A stretch of DNA of 64,000 nucleotides from an uncultured Nitrosomonadales bacterium (GTDB lineage Bacteria; Pseudomonadota; Gammaproteobacteria; Burkholderiales; Gallionellaceae), in the NCBI GenBank assembly GCA_903915035.1, contig CAIWRI010000110.1, positions 6,796-70,795 on the forward strand, given 5' to 3'. Within the stretch, counting starts at the first letter, position 1. Each line of letters begins with the position of its first letter. Shown here one piece after another: positions 10,635 through 21,264 of the stretch. Position numbers and translations under genes: made by a program. The notes beneath the pieces were generated by a model. The model saw nothing but the letters and a program-made list of their open reading frames with translations. It did not search any database and was not told the DNA's origin.

Positions 10635-10662
10635 ATTATAGCCGATTGATATGACGCAGCAA
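10635..10662 (-). promoter_or_regulatory. Sigma70-like promoter candidate reading into copy A
   Basis: The minus strand reads TTGCTG (10662-10657), a 16-nt spacer, then TATAAT (10640-10635). The predicted start is near 10628, the first base conserved with copy B. Confidence 0.4.
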
Positions 10663-10762
10663 TATCAGTCAGGCTAGGTGATTTATTGAAAGAAGCATCC
10701 CGATTTACGGCAAAAGATAGTAGTAACAAGCCCTGAAGTTAAGTTAGTGAAGACCCTGAATG

Positions 10763-10969
10763 CTAATAGTGAGGAGGCATTTCATTCACGGGCTTATTCT
10801 CATGCCCTGTTTCATCCAGCGATTGGATGTGCCTTACCAGCGATTTGCAAATCTTTTCAAGCTGGCTCAGCTTTTGTTGTTGCTGATAGACAACTTTATT
10901 CAACTCCTCTATCAGGTCTTCCTGAAAGGCAATTTTTGTTTCTATGTTTACTAAACGTTCTTCAATCAT
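10763..10969 (-). CDS. slyX: SlyX family protein
   Basis: 68 aa from MIEERLVNIETKIAFQEDLIEELN to the C-terminal PPHY, matching the coiled-coil SlyX pattern (E. coli SlyX also ends PPPHY). The upstream in-frame ATG at 11011 is less likely. Confidence 0.8.
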   Translation of the reverse strand: MIEERLVNIETKIAFQEDLIEELNKVVYQQQQKLSQLEKICKSLVRHIQSLDETGHENKPVNEMPPHY

Positions 10970-11038
10970 GGGTATCTTTAGAGAATTGGGCGACGAGCCG
11001 GTAGCTGTCATTCTAACGCAGCCAGCAATACTAATTTG

Positions 11039-11335
11039 CTATTCCCACATAACGTTTTTCCGGGCACGGGCAGCTGATGTGAACAGTTCGATCAAAGGCA
11101 AGCCCCGCTTGAGCAGGCTAACCGCTGATTCATCCGCATCTTTTTCCTGAACCGGCCGGCTTGCTCTTTGCGCTTCCATCGCGCCGGTAAGGCAAGCTAA
11201 TGCCACGGGGACATCTTCAGCCAGAATTGCACCGGGTATCGTACCGCTTTGCCCCATTATTTTCAGCATAGTCAGCGCATCCCCGCCAAACATGAGGATA
11301 TTGGCATGGACAGCGGTTTTAAAAGTAACAAGCAT
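11039..11335 (-). CDS. DUF1840-like small protein
   Basis: 98 aa beginning MLVTFKTAVHANILMFGGDALTMLKIMG. I recognise this N-terminal pattern from the DUF1840 family, from memory only. Confidence 0.6.
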   Translation of the reverse strand: MLVTFKTAVHANILMFGGDALTMLKIMGQSGTIPGAILAEDVPVALACLTGAMEAQRASRPVQEKDADESAVSLLKRGLPLIELFTSAARARKNVMWE

Positions 11336-11420
11336 ATAAACTCCTTATGGCATCAACAGATAAGTTTCCCCGAAAGCCTGCCTGAGCGGCTTCACGAGTG
11401 TCAAACAATTCCGGCAAGGA

Positions 11421-13967
11421 TCAGCGTTGCCACAAAATATGTGCGGTTTCCAGAGGCGTAATGGCCTCGGCGTGATAAGCAATAATCCTCGCCGTATAGT
11501 CCTCAGCCTGCCGTACAGCAGACAAAACAGCACGATAGACATAGCCATTGATTGCGCCGACCAATGGGCGTACACGCGTCATTTCAACCCGCTCGGCAAG
11601 CCCCCCACTCACACCCTCAGCGTATAGTTCAACCTGCACTGTCTCGGGTTCCAGGCCATCCAAATAAATTTGTACTTCAATAATATGCTGATTATCCAGG
11701 GTTTCAATCTTCACTTCAGCGAAACGCAAGGCGTCCCACTTTTGATCCAGTTCCTGCTGCCAATTAACCAGCTCCACGCCGATGGTACTTTGATTCGCGG
11801 CTCTTTCAAGATAAGCCTTAGCCGCGGGAAGGTAATGTTGCCCGGTATATTCGCGCACTGCGCGGTTACTGGAAAAACGCGAGGTTAACTGCGCCATGCT
11901 CTCCCGCATCCGGTTCACCCAAACAGTTGGAATGCCCTGCTCGTTGCGGGTATAAAACTCCGGAATCACTTCACGTTCCAGCAACTCATAAAGCGCGCAA
12001 GCTTCTTTTGTATCCCATGCCGGATCGTGATCATGTTCACACCCGTCACCCAAGGCCCAGCCGACTTCCGGCGTATAGGCTTCAGCCCACCAGCCATCCA
12101 GCTCGGACAAATTGATGCCGCCATTGGCCAGCACCTTCATGCCACTGGTACCACAGGCCTCCCAGGGACGACGCGGTGTGTTGAGCCAGACATCCACCCC
12201 CTGCACCAGGCGTTCAGTTAACTGCATGTCATAGTCACTGAGAAAGATTACATGCGGACGTACTTCCGGCCGGCGGATGAAATGCATCCATTCCTGAATC
12301 AGTGCCTGTCCGGCCTGATCGGCAGGATGTGCCTTGCCTGCCATGATGATCTGTACGGGCCGATGCGGATGAGTCAGCAGACGTATCAATCGTTCCTGAT
12401 CGTGGAGCAGCAAATTTGGTCTTTTGTAACTTGCAAAGCGGCGTGCGAAACCCAGCGTCAGGATATTGCCGTCAAACAACCGGCTGACGGCATCAACCGA
12501 TTCCGGCGTACTGCCTGATATGGCCAGTTGCCGTGATAGTCTCCCTCTGGCGTATTCAATCAGTGACTTACTGGAAACCGTTCTGAACTGCCATAAACGG
12601 GCATCTGAAATCCGGCGAATATCCTTCTCCAGAGTCTCCATCGTTCCCAGCCAGCGACACTTGCCACACGCCTCAGTCCAGAGTTCATCTGCGGCTGCGG
12701 AATCCCAGGTCGGCATATGCACGCCGTTGGTGACGTGACCTATCGGCACTTCATCTAACGGCCATTGCATAAACAGCGGCCCGAACAGTTGCCGGCTTAC
12801 CTTGCCATGCAGGCGGCTCACGCCATTCACCGCGCCGCTGCCGCGAATGGCAAGATAGGCCATATTGAACGGCTCATCATTATCATGCGGATTCTTGCGG
12901 CCCAATGCCAACAAAGCATGGCGTGACAGACCCAGTCTTTGCTCGGCGTAGCCTGCCAGATATTGTTCGATGAGCGCAGGTTCAAAACGGTCAAAACCGG
13001 CATCCACCGCCGTGTGCGTGGTAAACAGATTCCCGGCGCGGGTCACGGCCAATGCGACCTCAAAACTCTGCGAGGTTTCCTCCATATAGCTGCGCGCACG
13101 CTCCAGCACAGCAAAAGCCGCATGCCCTTCATTCAAGTGACAGACTTCCGGCCTGATACCCAGTGCGTTGAGCAGTCGCCAGCCACCGATCCCGAGCAAC
13201 ATTTCCTGTTTCAAACGCAGTTCCGGCCCGCCGCCATAAAGCTCGCTGGTAATACCTCGATGCGCCGGATAGTTTGCGGCATCATTGCTGTCCAGCAGAT
13301 ATAACTTCAGACGGCCGACCTGCACTTCCCAGGCACGCAGCCAGACTGAATATCCCGGCAAGGCAATCTCCAACCTTAACCATTCGCCATCCGCTTTGCG
13401 TAATGGCGTGATAGGCAGTTGTCCCGGATCGTTATACGGATAGAGCGCCTGTTGTGCGCCGTCCTTGTCAACGACCTGACGAAAATAGCCTTGCTGGTAG
13501 AGCAACCCGACAGCGACGACAGGCACGCCCAAATCACTGGCCGCCTTGAGCTGATCGCCTGCCACGTTACCCAGGCCGCCGGAATAAATCGGCAACGCTT
13601 CGCTCAACATATATTCCATACTGAAATACGCCACACAGTTGAGCGCTGATTGCGGATATGTTTGCTGAAACCAGGCTGCGGCCCCGGTTTCATCTCGTCT
13701 GGATTGTAAAAGATTATCAATCTTTTTGCGGAAGGCATCATCCGTCAGGGCTGCTTGCAACTTATCCCGCGAGACCGTCTGCAATACGACCCAGGGATTC
13801 TGTGTCATATCCCAAAGTGCGGCATCGAGCTGTCGCCATATCTCGTCAGCCCCATGACTCCACGACGAACGCATATCCAGCGCAAGCTCGGACAGCGCAT
13901 CAAAACCGTCAACGTCCACACATAAAAGTCGTTCCTTGGGGTGCATGGTTCGCATTGCTTCGCTCAT
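11421..13967 (-). CDS. glgP: Alpha-glucan (glycogen/maltodextrin) phosphorylase, GT35 family
   Basis: 848 aa with the EACGTSGMK pyridoxal-phosphate lysine motif and a GGLGNVAGD glucan-binding segment. AAGGGA lies 6 nt upstream of the ATG. Confidence 0.9.
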   Translation of the reverse strand: MSEAMRTMHPKERLLCVDVDGFDALSELALDMRSSWSHGADEIWRQLDAALWDMTQNPWVVLQTVSRDKLQAALTDDAFRKKIDNLLQSRRDETGAAAWFQQTYPQSALNCVAYFSMEYMLSEALPIYSGGLGNVAGDQLKAASDLGVPVVAVGLLYQQGYFRQVVDKDGAQQALYPYNDPGQLPITPLRKADGEWLRLEIALPGYSVWLRAWEVQVGRLKLYLLDSNDAANYPAHRGITSELYGGGPELRLKQEMLLGIGGWRLLNALGIRPEVCHLNEGHAAFAVLERARSYMEETSQSFEVALAVTRAGNLFTTHTAVDAGFDRFEPALIEQYLAGYAEQRLGLSRHALLALGRKNPHDNDEPFNMAYLAIRGSGAVNGVSRLHGKVSRQLFGPLFMQWPLDEVPIGHVTNGVHMPTWDSAAADELWTEACGKCRWLGTMETLEKDIRRISDARLWQFRTVSSKSLIEYARGRLSRQLAISGSTPESVDAVSRLFDGNILTLGFARRFASYKRPNLLLHDQERLIRLLTHPHRPVQIIMAGKAHPADQAGQALIQEWMHFIRRPEVRPHVIFLSDYDMQLTERLVQGVDVWLNTPRRPWEACGTSGMKVLANGGINLSELDGWWAEAYTPEVGWALGDGCEHDHDPAWDTKEACALYELLEREVIPEFYTRNEQGIPTVWVNRMRESMAQLTSRFSSNRAVREYTGQHYLPAAKAYLERAANQSTIGVELVNWQQELDQKWDALRFAEVKIETLDNQHIIEVQIYLDGLEPETVQVELYAEGVSGGLAERVEMTRVRPLVGAINGYVYRAVLSAVRQAEDYTARIIAYHAEAITPLETAHILWQR

Positions 13968-14160
13968 GATATTCCCTTCAATTCGGGTTCAACGGGGATA
14001 ATGCTCACAATCAGATTTATTCTCAACCGCTTTGCCGGCAGCACCGGAGATTGTAGCAGTAACGACAGGCTTTGCATCAAAGGGGCGCACAGGACTGATG
14101 TATAACGCCTGGCAAATAACTTTCCGATTTTGCTCAAGATCATTAGATTGCTTTTATTGA

Positions 14161-15270
14161 TTAGTACATGCGGTTACGGAACAGCCAGTTGGCGAGCGAG
14201 AGGGTCACAAGACCGATTAACGCCATCGGCCAGAGTTGATTGAGCAGCACATCAAAACCCGCGCCCTCTAAAAACACCTTGCGCAATATCACCAGAAAAT
14301 AGCGTAACGGATCAATCAGGGTAATTGTTTGCACCAGTTGCGGCATGTTGGCTATCGGGGTGGAAAAGCCGGACAGAATCACGGCCGGCACCATAAACAG
14401 GAAGGCGCCCAGCAATCCTTGCTGCTGGGTTACTGCCAGCGAGGAAATCAGCAGCCCTGCCCCCACGCTGGATAACAGAAACAGTGCGAGTCCGGTATAA
14501 AGCGCAGGCAGACTACCCAGCAGCGGCACATGAAACCACAGGGTCGCAATCAGCAATATCAGCGTACCTTGTAATATGCCGATGATAAAACCCGGCAGCG
14601 CCTTGCCCAGCAGTATTTCAGCCGGCTGAAACGGCGTGACCAGCAACTGGTCGAAAGTCCCCTGCTCCCGCTCCCGCGCCACCGTCAGCGCCGTAACCAG
14701 CATGGTGGTAACCAGCGTCAGCATGCCTACGATGCCCGGGATAAAAAACCAGCTGCTTTCCAGATTGGGATTGAACCAGGCGCGACTCTCAAGCCTGGCG
14801 GGTGGCGCTGACAAGCCGTGAGCCGCACTCCATTTTGTGTTGTAAGTTTGCACAATGTCGCTCACGTAATTCAGGGCGATCATGGCTGTATTGGAATTAC
14901 GTCCGTCGATGATGACCTGCAAGGGGGCGCTGCGCCCTGACAGTAAATCGGCAGAAAAATGCTGCCCGATATGCACCACCAGTAAAATTTTCCGGCTATC
15001 CAAAAGAGGGGTAATTTCACTCTCAGCCTGCAAAGTTCGCACCCGATGAAAGGCCGGCGCGCCGTCAAAGGCGGCAACCAGTTCGCGTGAGATCGCGCTG
15101 TTATCCTCGTTGTAAAGCGCGTAGGGAATTTGCTTCAAATCGAAGGTCGCCGCATAACCGAACACCAGCAATTGTATTAAAGGGGGCACGATCAGTACCA
15201 TGCGGCTTTTCGGATCCTTGAGCAGTGCCAGAAATTCCTTGCGGATCAGGGCTAACAGACGTATCAGCAT
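14161..15270 (-). CDS. ABC-2 type transporter permease (YbhR-like)
   Basis: The start MLIRLLALIRKEF at 15270 overlaps the upstream stop by 1 nt (TAATG). The protein has six or more hydrophobic segments and pairs with the preceding paralogous permease. Confidence 0.85.
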   Translation of the reverse strand: MLIRLLALIRKEFLALLKDPKSRMVLIVPPLIQLLVFGYAATFDLKQIPYALYNEDNSAISRELVAAFDGAPAFHRVRTLQAESEITPLLDSRKILLVVHIGQHFSADLLSGRSAPLQVIIDGRNSNTAMIALNYVSDIVQTYNTKWSAAHGLSAPPARLESRAWFNPNLESSWFFIPGIVGMLTLVTTMLVTALTVAREREQGTFDQLLVTPFQPAEILLGKALPGFIIGILQGTLILLIATLWFHVPLLGSLPALYTGLALFLLSSVGAGLLISSLAVTQQQGLLGAFLFMVPAVILSGFSTPIANMPQLVQTITLIDPLRYFLVILRKVFLEGAGFDVLLNQLWPMALIGLVTLSLANWLFRNRMY

Positions 15271-16403
15271 TATTCCAGTCGCTTTCTGGATTTTTTCCAG
15301 GTAATGCCCATAAAGAGTGCCGCAAGCAGCGCCAGCGCCAGCACATTGGGCAATACCACCGACCACACGTTGCCGGCCATAAACAGGGTTTGCACGATGG
15401 ACACGAAATAACGGGCGACGATAAAGTGGGTGATAAACTGCACCACAGAGGGCATACTGTCAATATCGAAAATAAAACCGGACAGCAAAAAGGCGGGCAA
15501 AAAGGTGCCGATAATGGCGACCTGACCTGCAACAAATTGATTTCTCGCCAGCGTGGAAATGGTCAGCCCCATGCCCAGCGCTGCGAGTAAAAACAGTGAG
15601 GAGCACGCCAGCAACAACCAGAAGGAGCCGCGCAACGGCACATCAAACAGCCATACCGCCAAGCCTACCGATAACAACATACCGCCGGTGCCCAGCGTAA
15701 AATAAGCAATGATCTTGCCCAGCAATATTTCAGTCATGGTCACCGGGGTCACCAGCAGCGCTTCCATCGTGCCGCGCTCCCATTCACGCGCCATCACCAG
15801 TGCGGTCAGCAGTGTGCCGATCAGCGTCATGATGATCGCAACCAGTCCCGGCACCAGGAAATTCCGGCTTTTCACTTCGCTGTTGTACCATACCCGCTGA
15901 ACCAGTTGCACCGGCATCTGCAATTCCTGCCCGCGACTTTGGGCACGGCGGGCAAGCCAGTTCGCCCAGACGCCCTGTACATAGCCTTGTGTCAGTCGCG
16001 CGGTGTTGGCATCCACACCATTGACGATCAACTGAATCGGCGTTCCATCATTTTGTCGCAATCCGGCTGCAAAATTTGCGCGCAGATGCACAATCGCATT
16101 TATTTTACCTGAACGTAAATCCTGCTCTGCTTCATGCATGGTACGCGCATAATGCGCTGCGAAATAATGGCTACCTTCAAGGGAGGCCAGAAAATCCGCA
16201 GTATCAAGCGACGGCGATTCAGCCACCAGTGCTACGGGCAGATGATCCGCATCCAGCGACACCCCGAAGCCGAACAGCACCAGCAGAAAAAAAGGCATCA
16301 AGAAGGCAATCGCGATGCTGCTCGGATCCCGTCTGATCTGCAAAAACTCCTTACGCACCAGAGCTGTCAGCCGCATGCGAGCACCACCGCGAATATTGTT
16401 CAT
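15270..16403 (-). CDS. ABC-2 type transporter permease (YbhS-like)
   Basis: 377 aa, paralogous to the downstream permease (LVRKEFLQIRRD ... EREQGT/EWERGT motif). Its ATG overlaps the ATPase stop (ATGA). Confidence 0.85.
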   Translation of the reverse strand: MNNIRGGARMRLTALVRKEFLQIRRDPSSIAIAFLMPFFLLVLFGFGVSLDADHLPVALVAESPSLDTADFLASLEGSHYFAAHYARTMHEAEQDLRSGKINAIVHLRANFAAGLRQNDGTPIQLIVNGVDANTARLTQGYVQGVWANWLARRAQSRGQELQMPVQLVQRVWYNSEVKSRNFLVPGLVAIIMTLIGTLLTALVMAREWERGTMEALLVTPVTMTEILLGKIIAYFTLGTGGMLLSVGLAVWLFDVPLRGSFWLLLACSSLFLLAALGMGLTISTLARNQFVAGQVAIIGTFLPAFLLSGFIFDIDSMPSVVQFITHFIVARYFVSIVQTLFMAGNVWSVVLPNVLALALLAALFMGITWKKSRKRLE

Positions 16404-18133
16404 GTGCTATCCTTCATTTGAGTTGCCTGTTGCACCAGACAAATAAAGGCATCTTCCATACTCGGTTCAGGATTTTCCAGAGTCTGTGCACGCGCCTTGA
16501 TCGCGGCAGGTTCATCCATCGCCAGAATGCGGCCGGCAGCCATGATGGCCAAACGATCGCAATATTCCGCCTCTTCCATAAAGTGCGTGGTGATCAGCAC
16601 AGTCACACCTGATCTTGCCAGCGCACTGATACGCTGCCAGAACTCGCGCCGGGCCAGCGGATCAACGCCTGAAGTGGGCTCATCCAGAAACAGGATCTCA
16701 GGCTGGTGCATCAGCGCGCATGCCATGGCCAGACGCTGCTTATAGCCCAGAGACATATCAGAGGACAACTGATCGGCCTGCTTTTCCAGTTCAAATTCAT
16801 CCAGTGCCCAGATCAGGCGGCGCTTGCGTGCCTGCCCCGACAAACCGTAAGCACTGGCAAAAAATTCCAGATTTTGCGTCACACTCAGGCTGCCATACAA
16901 AGAAAACTTTTGTGACATATAGCCGATGCGGGAGCGCGCTGTGGAAGCTGCAACACGCAAATCCAGCCCGGCCACGCGCAAGCTGCCTGAACTTGCCGGC
17001 AACAAACCGCAGAGCATACGAAAGGTGGTGGATTTTCCAGCGCCGTTCGCGCCCAGCAGACCGAATATTTCACCTCGCTTCACCTGAAAACTGATGCCAT
17101 CCACAGCCCTAAAGCTGCCGAAGCTGCGCTTGAGCTGTTCAACCTGAATCACAGGTAAGCTATCAGCTGCCACATTCAAAGCCGGCATATCGGTCAGACG
17201 GGTTCTGCGCAAGGAAGACTTTGCGCGCAGCATATCAATGAATCCATCCTCAAAACGAGGTGCTACCGCCTTGATTTGCGCTGATTCAAGCCCAGGCAGC
17301 GCGCGCAGGGCTTCGACCGTACTGTTTTTTGCAGTGACGAGGCGCACATGATCCCCCTGTACCAAGGCATCCACTACATGTCCTGTCAGCTCCGCCTGCA
17401 CATCCCTTAACTTTTTATCCAGGACCGTTACGGCCCAGGTTCTGCCTGTCATGGGCGCACTTAAACGATCCGGCGCGCCTTGCATCAAGATTTTCCCCTC
17501 ATGCATCAGAATCACTTCCTGACAACGCTCGGCCTCATCCAGATAAGCCGTGGAGATCAGCACACTCATGCCCTGCTCCTGCACCAGCCGGTTGATAATC
17601 ACCCACAGCTCGCGACGCGAGACAGGATCCACCCCTACGGTGGGTTCATCCAGCAACAGCAGTTCCGGTGCGCGCACCAGCGTACAGGCCAGCCCTAACT
17701 TTTGTTTCATGCCGCCTGACAAACGCCCTGCCAGCCTGCCGGTGAAAGCCGCCAGACCGGTCATATGCATCAGTTCCTGATAACGCCCTGCCCGCTCAGG
17801 CTCAGGCACACCCTGAAGATCAGCATACAACTGAAGATTTTCCTGCACGCTGAGATCCTCATACAAGCCAAAGCGTTGCGGCATATAACCCATCAAGGCC
17901 TGAACAGACAGGGAATCCAGCGTGGAGTCCCGTCCCAGCGCATGAATACTGCCGGAATCGGCTACTAGCAATCCTGCAGCCAGCCGCATCAGCGTGGTCT
18001 TACCCGCGCCATCAGGACCGATCAACCCTGTTATCACGCCGGGACGAATCGTGAAACTCACCCCGTCCAGCACCCGCCTGCCGGCAAAGGTTTTAACCAA
18101 ATCGGCAGCTTGCAGGATCGCTAGCGTTTCCAT
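16400..18133 (-). CDS. ABC transporter ATP-binding protein with two fused ATPase cassettes (YbhF-like)
   Basis: Two Walker A motifs (GPDGAGKTT, GANGAGKST), two signature motifs (LSGGMKQK, MSLGYKQR) and two Walker B motifs (LLLLDEPT, ILFLDEPT). Confidence 0.9.
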   Translation of the reverse strand: METLAILQAADLVKTFAGRRVLDGVSFTIRPGVITGLIGPDGAGKTTLMRLAAGLLVADSGSIHALGRDSTLDSLSVQALMGYMPQRFGLYEDLSVQENLQLYADLQGVPEPERAGRYQELMHMTGLAAFTGRLAGRLSGGMKQKLGLACTLVRAPELLLLDEPTVGVDPVSRRELWVIINRLVQEQGMSVLISTAYLDEAERCQEVILMHEGKILMQGAPDRLSAPMTGRTWAVTVLDKKLRDVQAELTGHVVDALVQGDHVRLVTAKNSTVEALRALPGLESAQIKAVAPRFEDGFIDMLRAKSSLRRTRLTDMPALNVAADSLPVIQVEQLKRSFGSFRAVDGISFQVKRGEIFGLLGANGAGKSTTFRMLCGLLPASSGSLRVAGLDLRVAASTARSRIGYMSQKFSLYGSLSVTQNLEFFASAYGLSGQARKRRLIWALDEFELEKQADQLSSDMSLGYKQRLAMACALMHQPEILFLDEPTSGVDPLARREFWQRISALARSGVTVLITTHFMEEAEYCDRLAIMAAGRILAMDEPAAIKARAQTLENPEPSMEDAFICLVQQATQMKDST

Positions 18134-18137
18134 ACTG

Positions 18138-19148
18138 TCAGTCCCGGCAGGGATCGTCCCCCGCTGCTTTTTGATTCAATGGAATGATCACTGTGGCAGG
18201 CATCCCCTGGCGTAGCACAGCCCCTCCCTCACAGACAAAAATCCGTGTCTGATATACCAGACTGGCGCGAATATCCGTCGTCTCAACCGTTTTAGGGGTA
18301 AATTCTGCTGCGGGCGAAACATAGCCTACCCAAGCGCGAACAATTTGCCCCGAATCCGTATGCACCTTTGCGCGCGCACCGACCGGCACCTGCCCCAGTT
18401 CCGTTTCCGGCAAGTAGCTGCGCACCCAGACAGGTTTCGTCAATGCCAGGGTATACACAGGTTTCAGGGGAGAGGCCATATCGCCCGGCTCCAGAATACG
18501 ATTTTCAATCACGCCATCGGACGGGGCATGCAACTCACCTTCGCCGATGTCGCGCAATATCACGGCTTCAGCCGCCTCGCTTGCCGCCAGTGTAGCTCTG
18601 GCTGTTGCAACATCTTCCTTGCGGAAACCTTGCTCCGCCAGACGCAGGGTTTCTGCTGCCGCATTCAATTGTGCACGCGCCTTTTCACTGCTAAATTTTG
18701 CACTATCGGCCTGTTGTGCGGATACAAAATGACGTGCAACCAGCTCCAGCTGACGCTGATAAAAAGCCGTTGCATCCGCCAATGTTGCGCGTGCGGCATC
18801 ACGCTGCGCACGTGCGCCCCGGATTTCCTCGGGACGGGAACCTGCCAGATAACGGGCGAGCACTTCCCGCTGCGCCTGACTCTGTGCCTTGAGCTGTACT
18901 AGTGACAATTGTTGTCGGACAGTATCAAGGCGAGCCAGCAACTGACCGGACTTCACATAATCGCCCTCCGTTACCAGCATTTTATCAATCCGACCGCTAG
19001 CGTTAAAAGCCAACTCTACCTGTCTTATATCCACGTTACCATGCAGGATCAGCTCCGTCTGCACAGGCGCGACATGCCGGCTAAACCACACTACCGCAGC
19101 TACGGCCAGTAATAAAATCAGAGTGAGGATTTTTTTCATGTCAGGCAT
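18138..19148 (-). CDS. HlyD-family membrane fusion protein (YbhG-like)
   Basis: N-terminal TM segment (KKILTLILLLAVAAVVWF), a long coiled coil and a beta-barrel C-terminus. It is the first gene of a ybhG-F-S-R-like operon. The start is either 19148 or 19139. Confidence 0.85.
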   Translation of the reverse strand: MPDMKKILTLILLLAVAAVVWFSRHVAPVQTELILHGNVDIRQVELAFNASGRIDKMLVTEGDYVKSGQLLARLDTVRQQLSLVQLKAQSQAQREVLARYLAGSRPEEIRGARAQRDAARATLADATAFYQRQLELVARHFVSAQQADSAKFSSEKARAQLNAAAETLRLAEQGFRKEDVATARATLAASEAAEAVILRDIGEGELHAPSDGVIENRILEPGDMASPLKPVYTLALTKPVWVRSYLPETELGQVPVGARAKVHTDSGQIVRAWVGYVSPAAEFTPKTVETTDIRASLVYQTRIFVCEGGAVLRQGMPATVIIPLNQKAAGDDPCRD

Positions 19149-19365
19149 ATTCCGGCTGCGATGATTAATGCGGATGGTCAGTATAAGCAAAAACCGGGGT
19201 ATCAGGTAAATCAGCGCGAGGTTTTAGCCACGACAGACTCAAAATAAGATTAAATTGCCTGTTTCAGGGCATATATCAGTTAAAAACACGATGTCAACTT
19301 GCCTAAACATCGCTTGCGGCGTAAAGTGCGCTCGCATTGATCCCCCCTCATCACAGGCAGGCAGA

Positions 19366-21231
19366 ATGAGCATTACAAAACAAAAATTACCGACACTGGT
19401 GTTAGGCGCAATCGGCGTGGTGTTTGGCGATATCGGCACCAGCCCCTTATACGCCTTGCAAACCACCTTCACAGGTTCAGCGCCGCTGCCGGTAATCGAG
19501 GCAAATATCATGGGTGTGCTCTCGCTGATGTTCTGGACCATCATGCTGCTGGTATCCTTCAAATATGTCACGATAATTATGCGCGCTGACAACCATGGCG
19601 AAGGCGGCTCACTGGCTTTGCTGGCACTGGTCACCGAAATCACGGCAAAACGCCCTAAAATTAAATGGCTGATCACCGCGCTGGGCGTACTGGCCGCAGC
19701 GCTTTTTTTTGGCGATGGCATGATTACACCGGCGATTTCCGTGCTCTCTGCCGTTGAAGGACTGGATCTGGTATCACACCAATTCAAGATATTCGTACTG
19801 CCGATTACTTTTGTTGTATTAACCGGTCTGTTTTTCATTCAAAAACGTGGCACAGCCACAGTCGGTATGGCCTTTGGCCCTATCATGATTATCTGGTTTA
19901 CCTGTCTGGCCTGGTTTGGCCTGCAATCTATCCTTAAATCACCTGAGGTTTTATGGGCACTCAACCCGCTTTATGCGTATCGCTTCTTAACAGCTGATCC
20001 CTGGCTGGCTTTTCTGGCGTTAGGCTCTGTCGTACTAGCCATCACCGGCGGTGAGGCACTGTATGCCGACATGGGACACTTTGGCAAACAGCCGATCCAA
20101 CTCTCCTGGTTTTACTTTGTTCTGCCCGCACTGGCCTTAAATTATTTCGGTCAGGGTGCTTTGCTGCTGCACAGCCCGAAGGCCATTGAAAATCCGTTTT
20201 ATTTACTGGCACCCGCCTGGGCACTTGTTCCCATGGTATTTCTCGCCACCGCCGCCACCGTGATTGCCTCACAGGCGGTGATTTCCGGCGCCTTCTCTGT
20301 GGCGAATCAGTCAGTACAAATGGGTTTTCTGCCACGTATGGAAATATGTCAAACGTCGGACCAGGCACAAGGGCAGATCTATGTGCCCGCCACCAACTGG
20401 CTGCTGTATGTGGCCGTGGTGTTTCTGGTGTTCACCTTCGGTAGCTCGGCCAATCTTGCCGCCGCATACGGTATTGCGGTCACCGGCACGATGACCATCA
20501 CGACGATACTGATCTCCTTCGTGATGATCCTGTACTGGCGCTGGTCATGGGCGGTTACACTGCCCATAGTCACGGTACTGTTCGTCACCGATCTCACCTT
20601 TTTTGCCGCCAATGCAATGAAAATCCCGCAAGGCGGCTGGTTTCCCTTAGGCATCGCCGTCATCTCGTTTACCGTGCTAACCACCTGGAAACGCGGGCGA
20701 AAATTATTGTTTGAAGAAATTGCACGCCAGTCTGTCCCGCTCAAAGTCGTGCTGGATGATGCCGATCATTTCAGCCATGTGGAAGGCACAGCCATCTTCC
20801 TGACCGGTGCCGGAGAAGGTGCGCCCTCTGCACTGCTGCATAATCTCAAACACAATCAGGTATTGCACCAGCGCAACATTTTGCTGACCGTGACTATCGA
20901 AGAAAAACCTTATGTCACCAAAGGCAATCGCTTGCTGATCGAGAATCTGGGGAAAAATTTCTATCGGGTAAAAGTGTTCTACGGCTTTATGGAAATACCT
21001 GACCTGCCTGTCGCACTCGACCTGTGCGGGGATATGGGATTGCCGTTCGATATGATGACCACTTCATTCTTTATAACACGCGCCATGATCGTCTCCAGCC
21101 CTCATCCTGGTATGGTTAAATGGCGCGAACGACTATTCCTTGCCATGTCCAAAAATGCCATGAATGCGGCCGATTTTTTCAGAATTCCGACCAACCGCGT
21201 TATCGAAATGGGTACGCGTATCGAAATCTAA
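19366..21231 (+). CDS. kup: KUP/HAK/KT potassium uptake protein
   Basis: The start at [31 protein letters not shown] gives the canonical Kup N-terminus. It has about 12 TM segments plus a cytoplasmic C-domain. The track ORF starts 37 codons earlier. Confidence 0.9.
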   Translation: MSITKQKLPTLVLGAIGVVFGDIGTSPLYALQTTFTGSAPLPVIEANIMGVLSLMFWTIMLLVSFKYVTIIMRADNHGEGGSLALLALVTEITAKRPKIKWLITALGVLAAALFFGDGMITPAISVLSAVEGLDLVSHQFKIFVLPITFVVLTGLFFIQKRGTATVGMAFGPIMIIWFTCLAWFGLQSILKSPEVLWALNPLYAYRFLTADPWLAFLALGSVVLAITGGEALYADMGHFGKQPIQLSWFYFVLPALALNYFGQGALLLHSPKAIENPFYLLAPAWALVPMVFLATAATVIASQAVISGAFSVANQSVQMGFLPRMEICQTSDQAQGQIYVPATNWLLYVAVVFLVFTFGSSANLAAAYGIAVTGTMTITTILISFVMILYWRWSWAVTLPIVTVLFVTDLTFFAANAMKIPQGGWFPLGIAVISFTVLTTWKRGRKLLFEEIARQSVPLKVVLDDADHFSHVEGTAIFLTGAGEGAPSALLHNLKHNQVLHQRNILLTVTIEEKPYVTKGNRLLIENLGKNFYRVKVFYGFMEIPDLPVALDLCGDMGLPFDMMTTSFFITRAMIVSSPHPGMVKWRERLFLAMSKNAMNAADFFRIPTNRVIEMGTRIEI

Positions 21232-21264
21232 CTTGCAACTGCTTACCTAAGGACCATGAAATAA

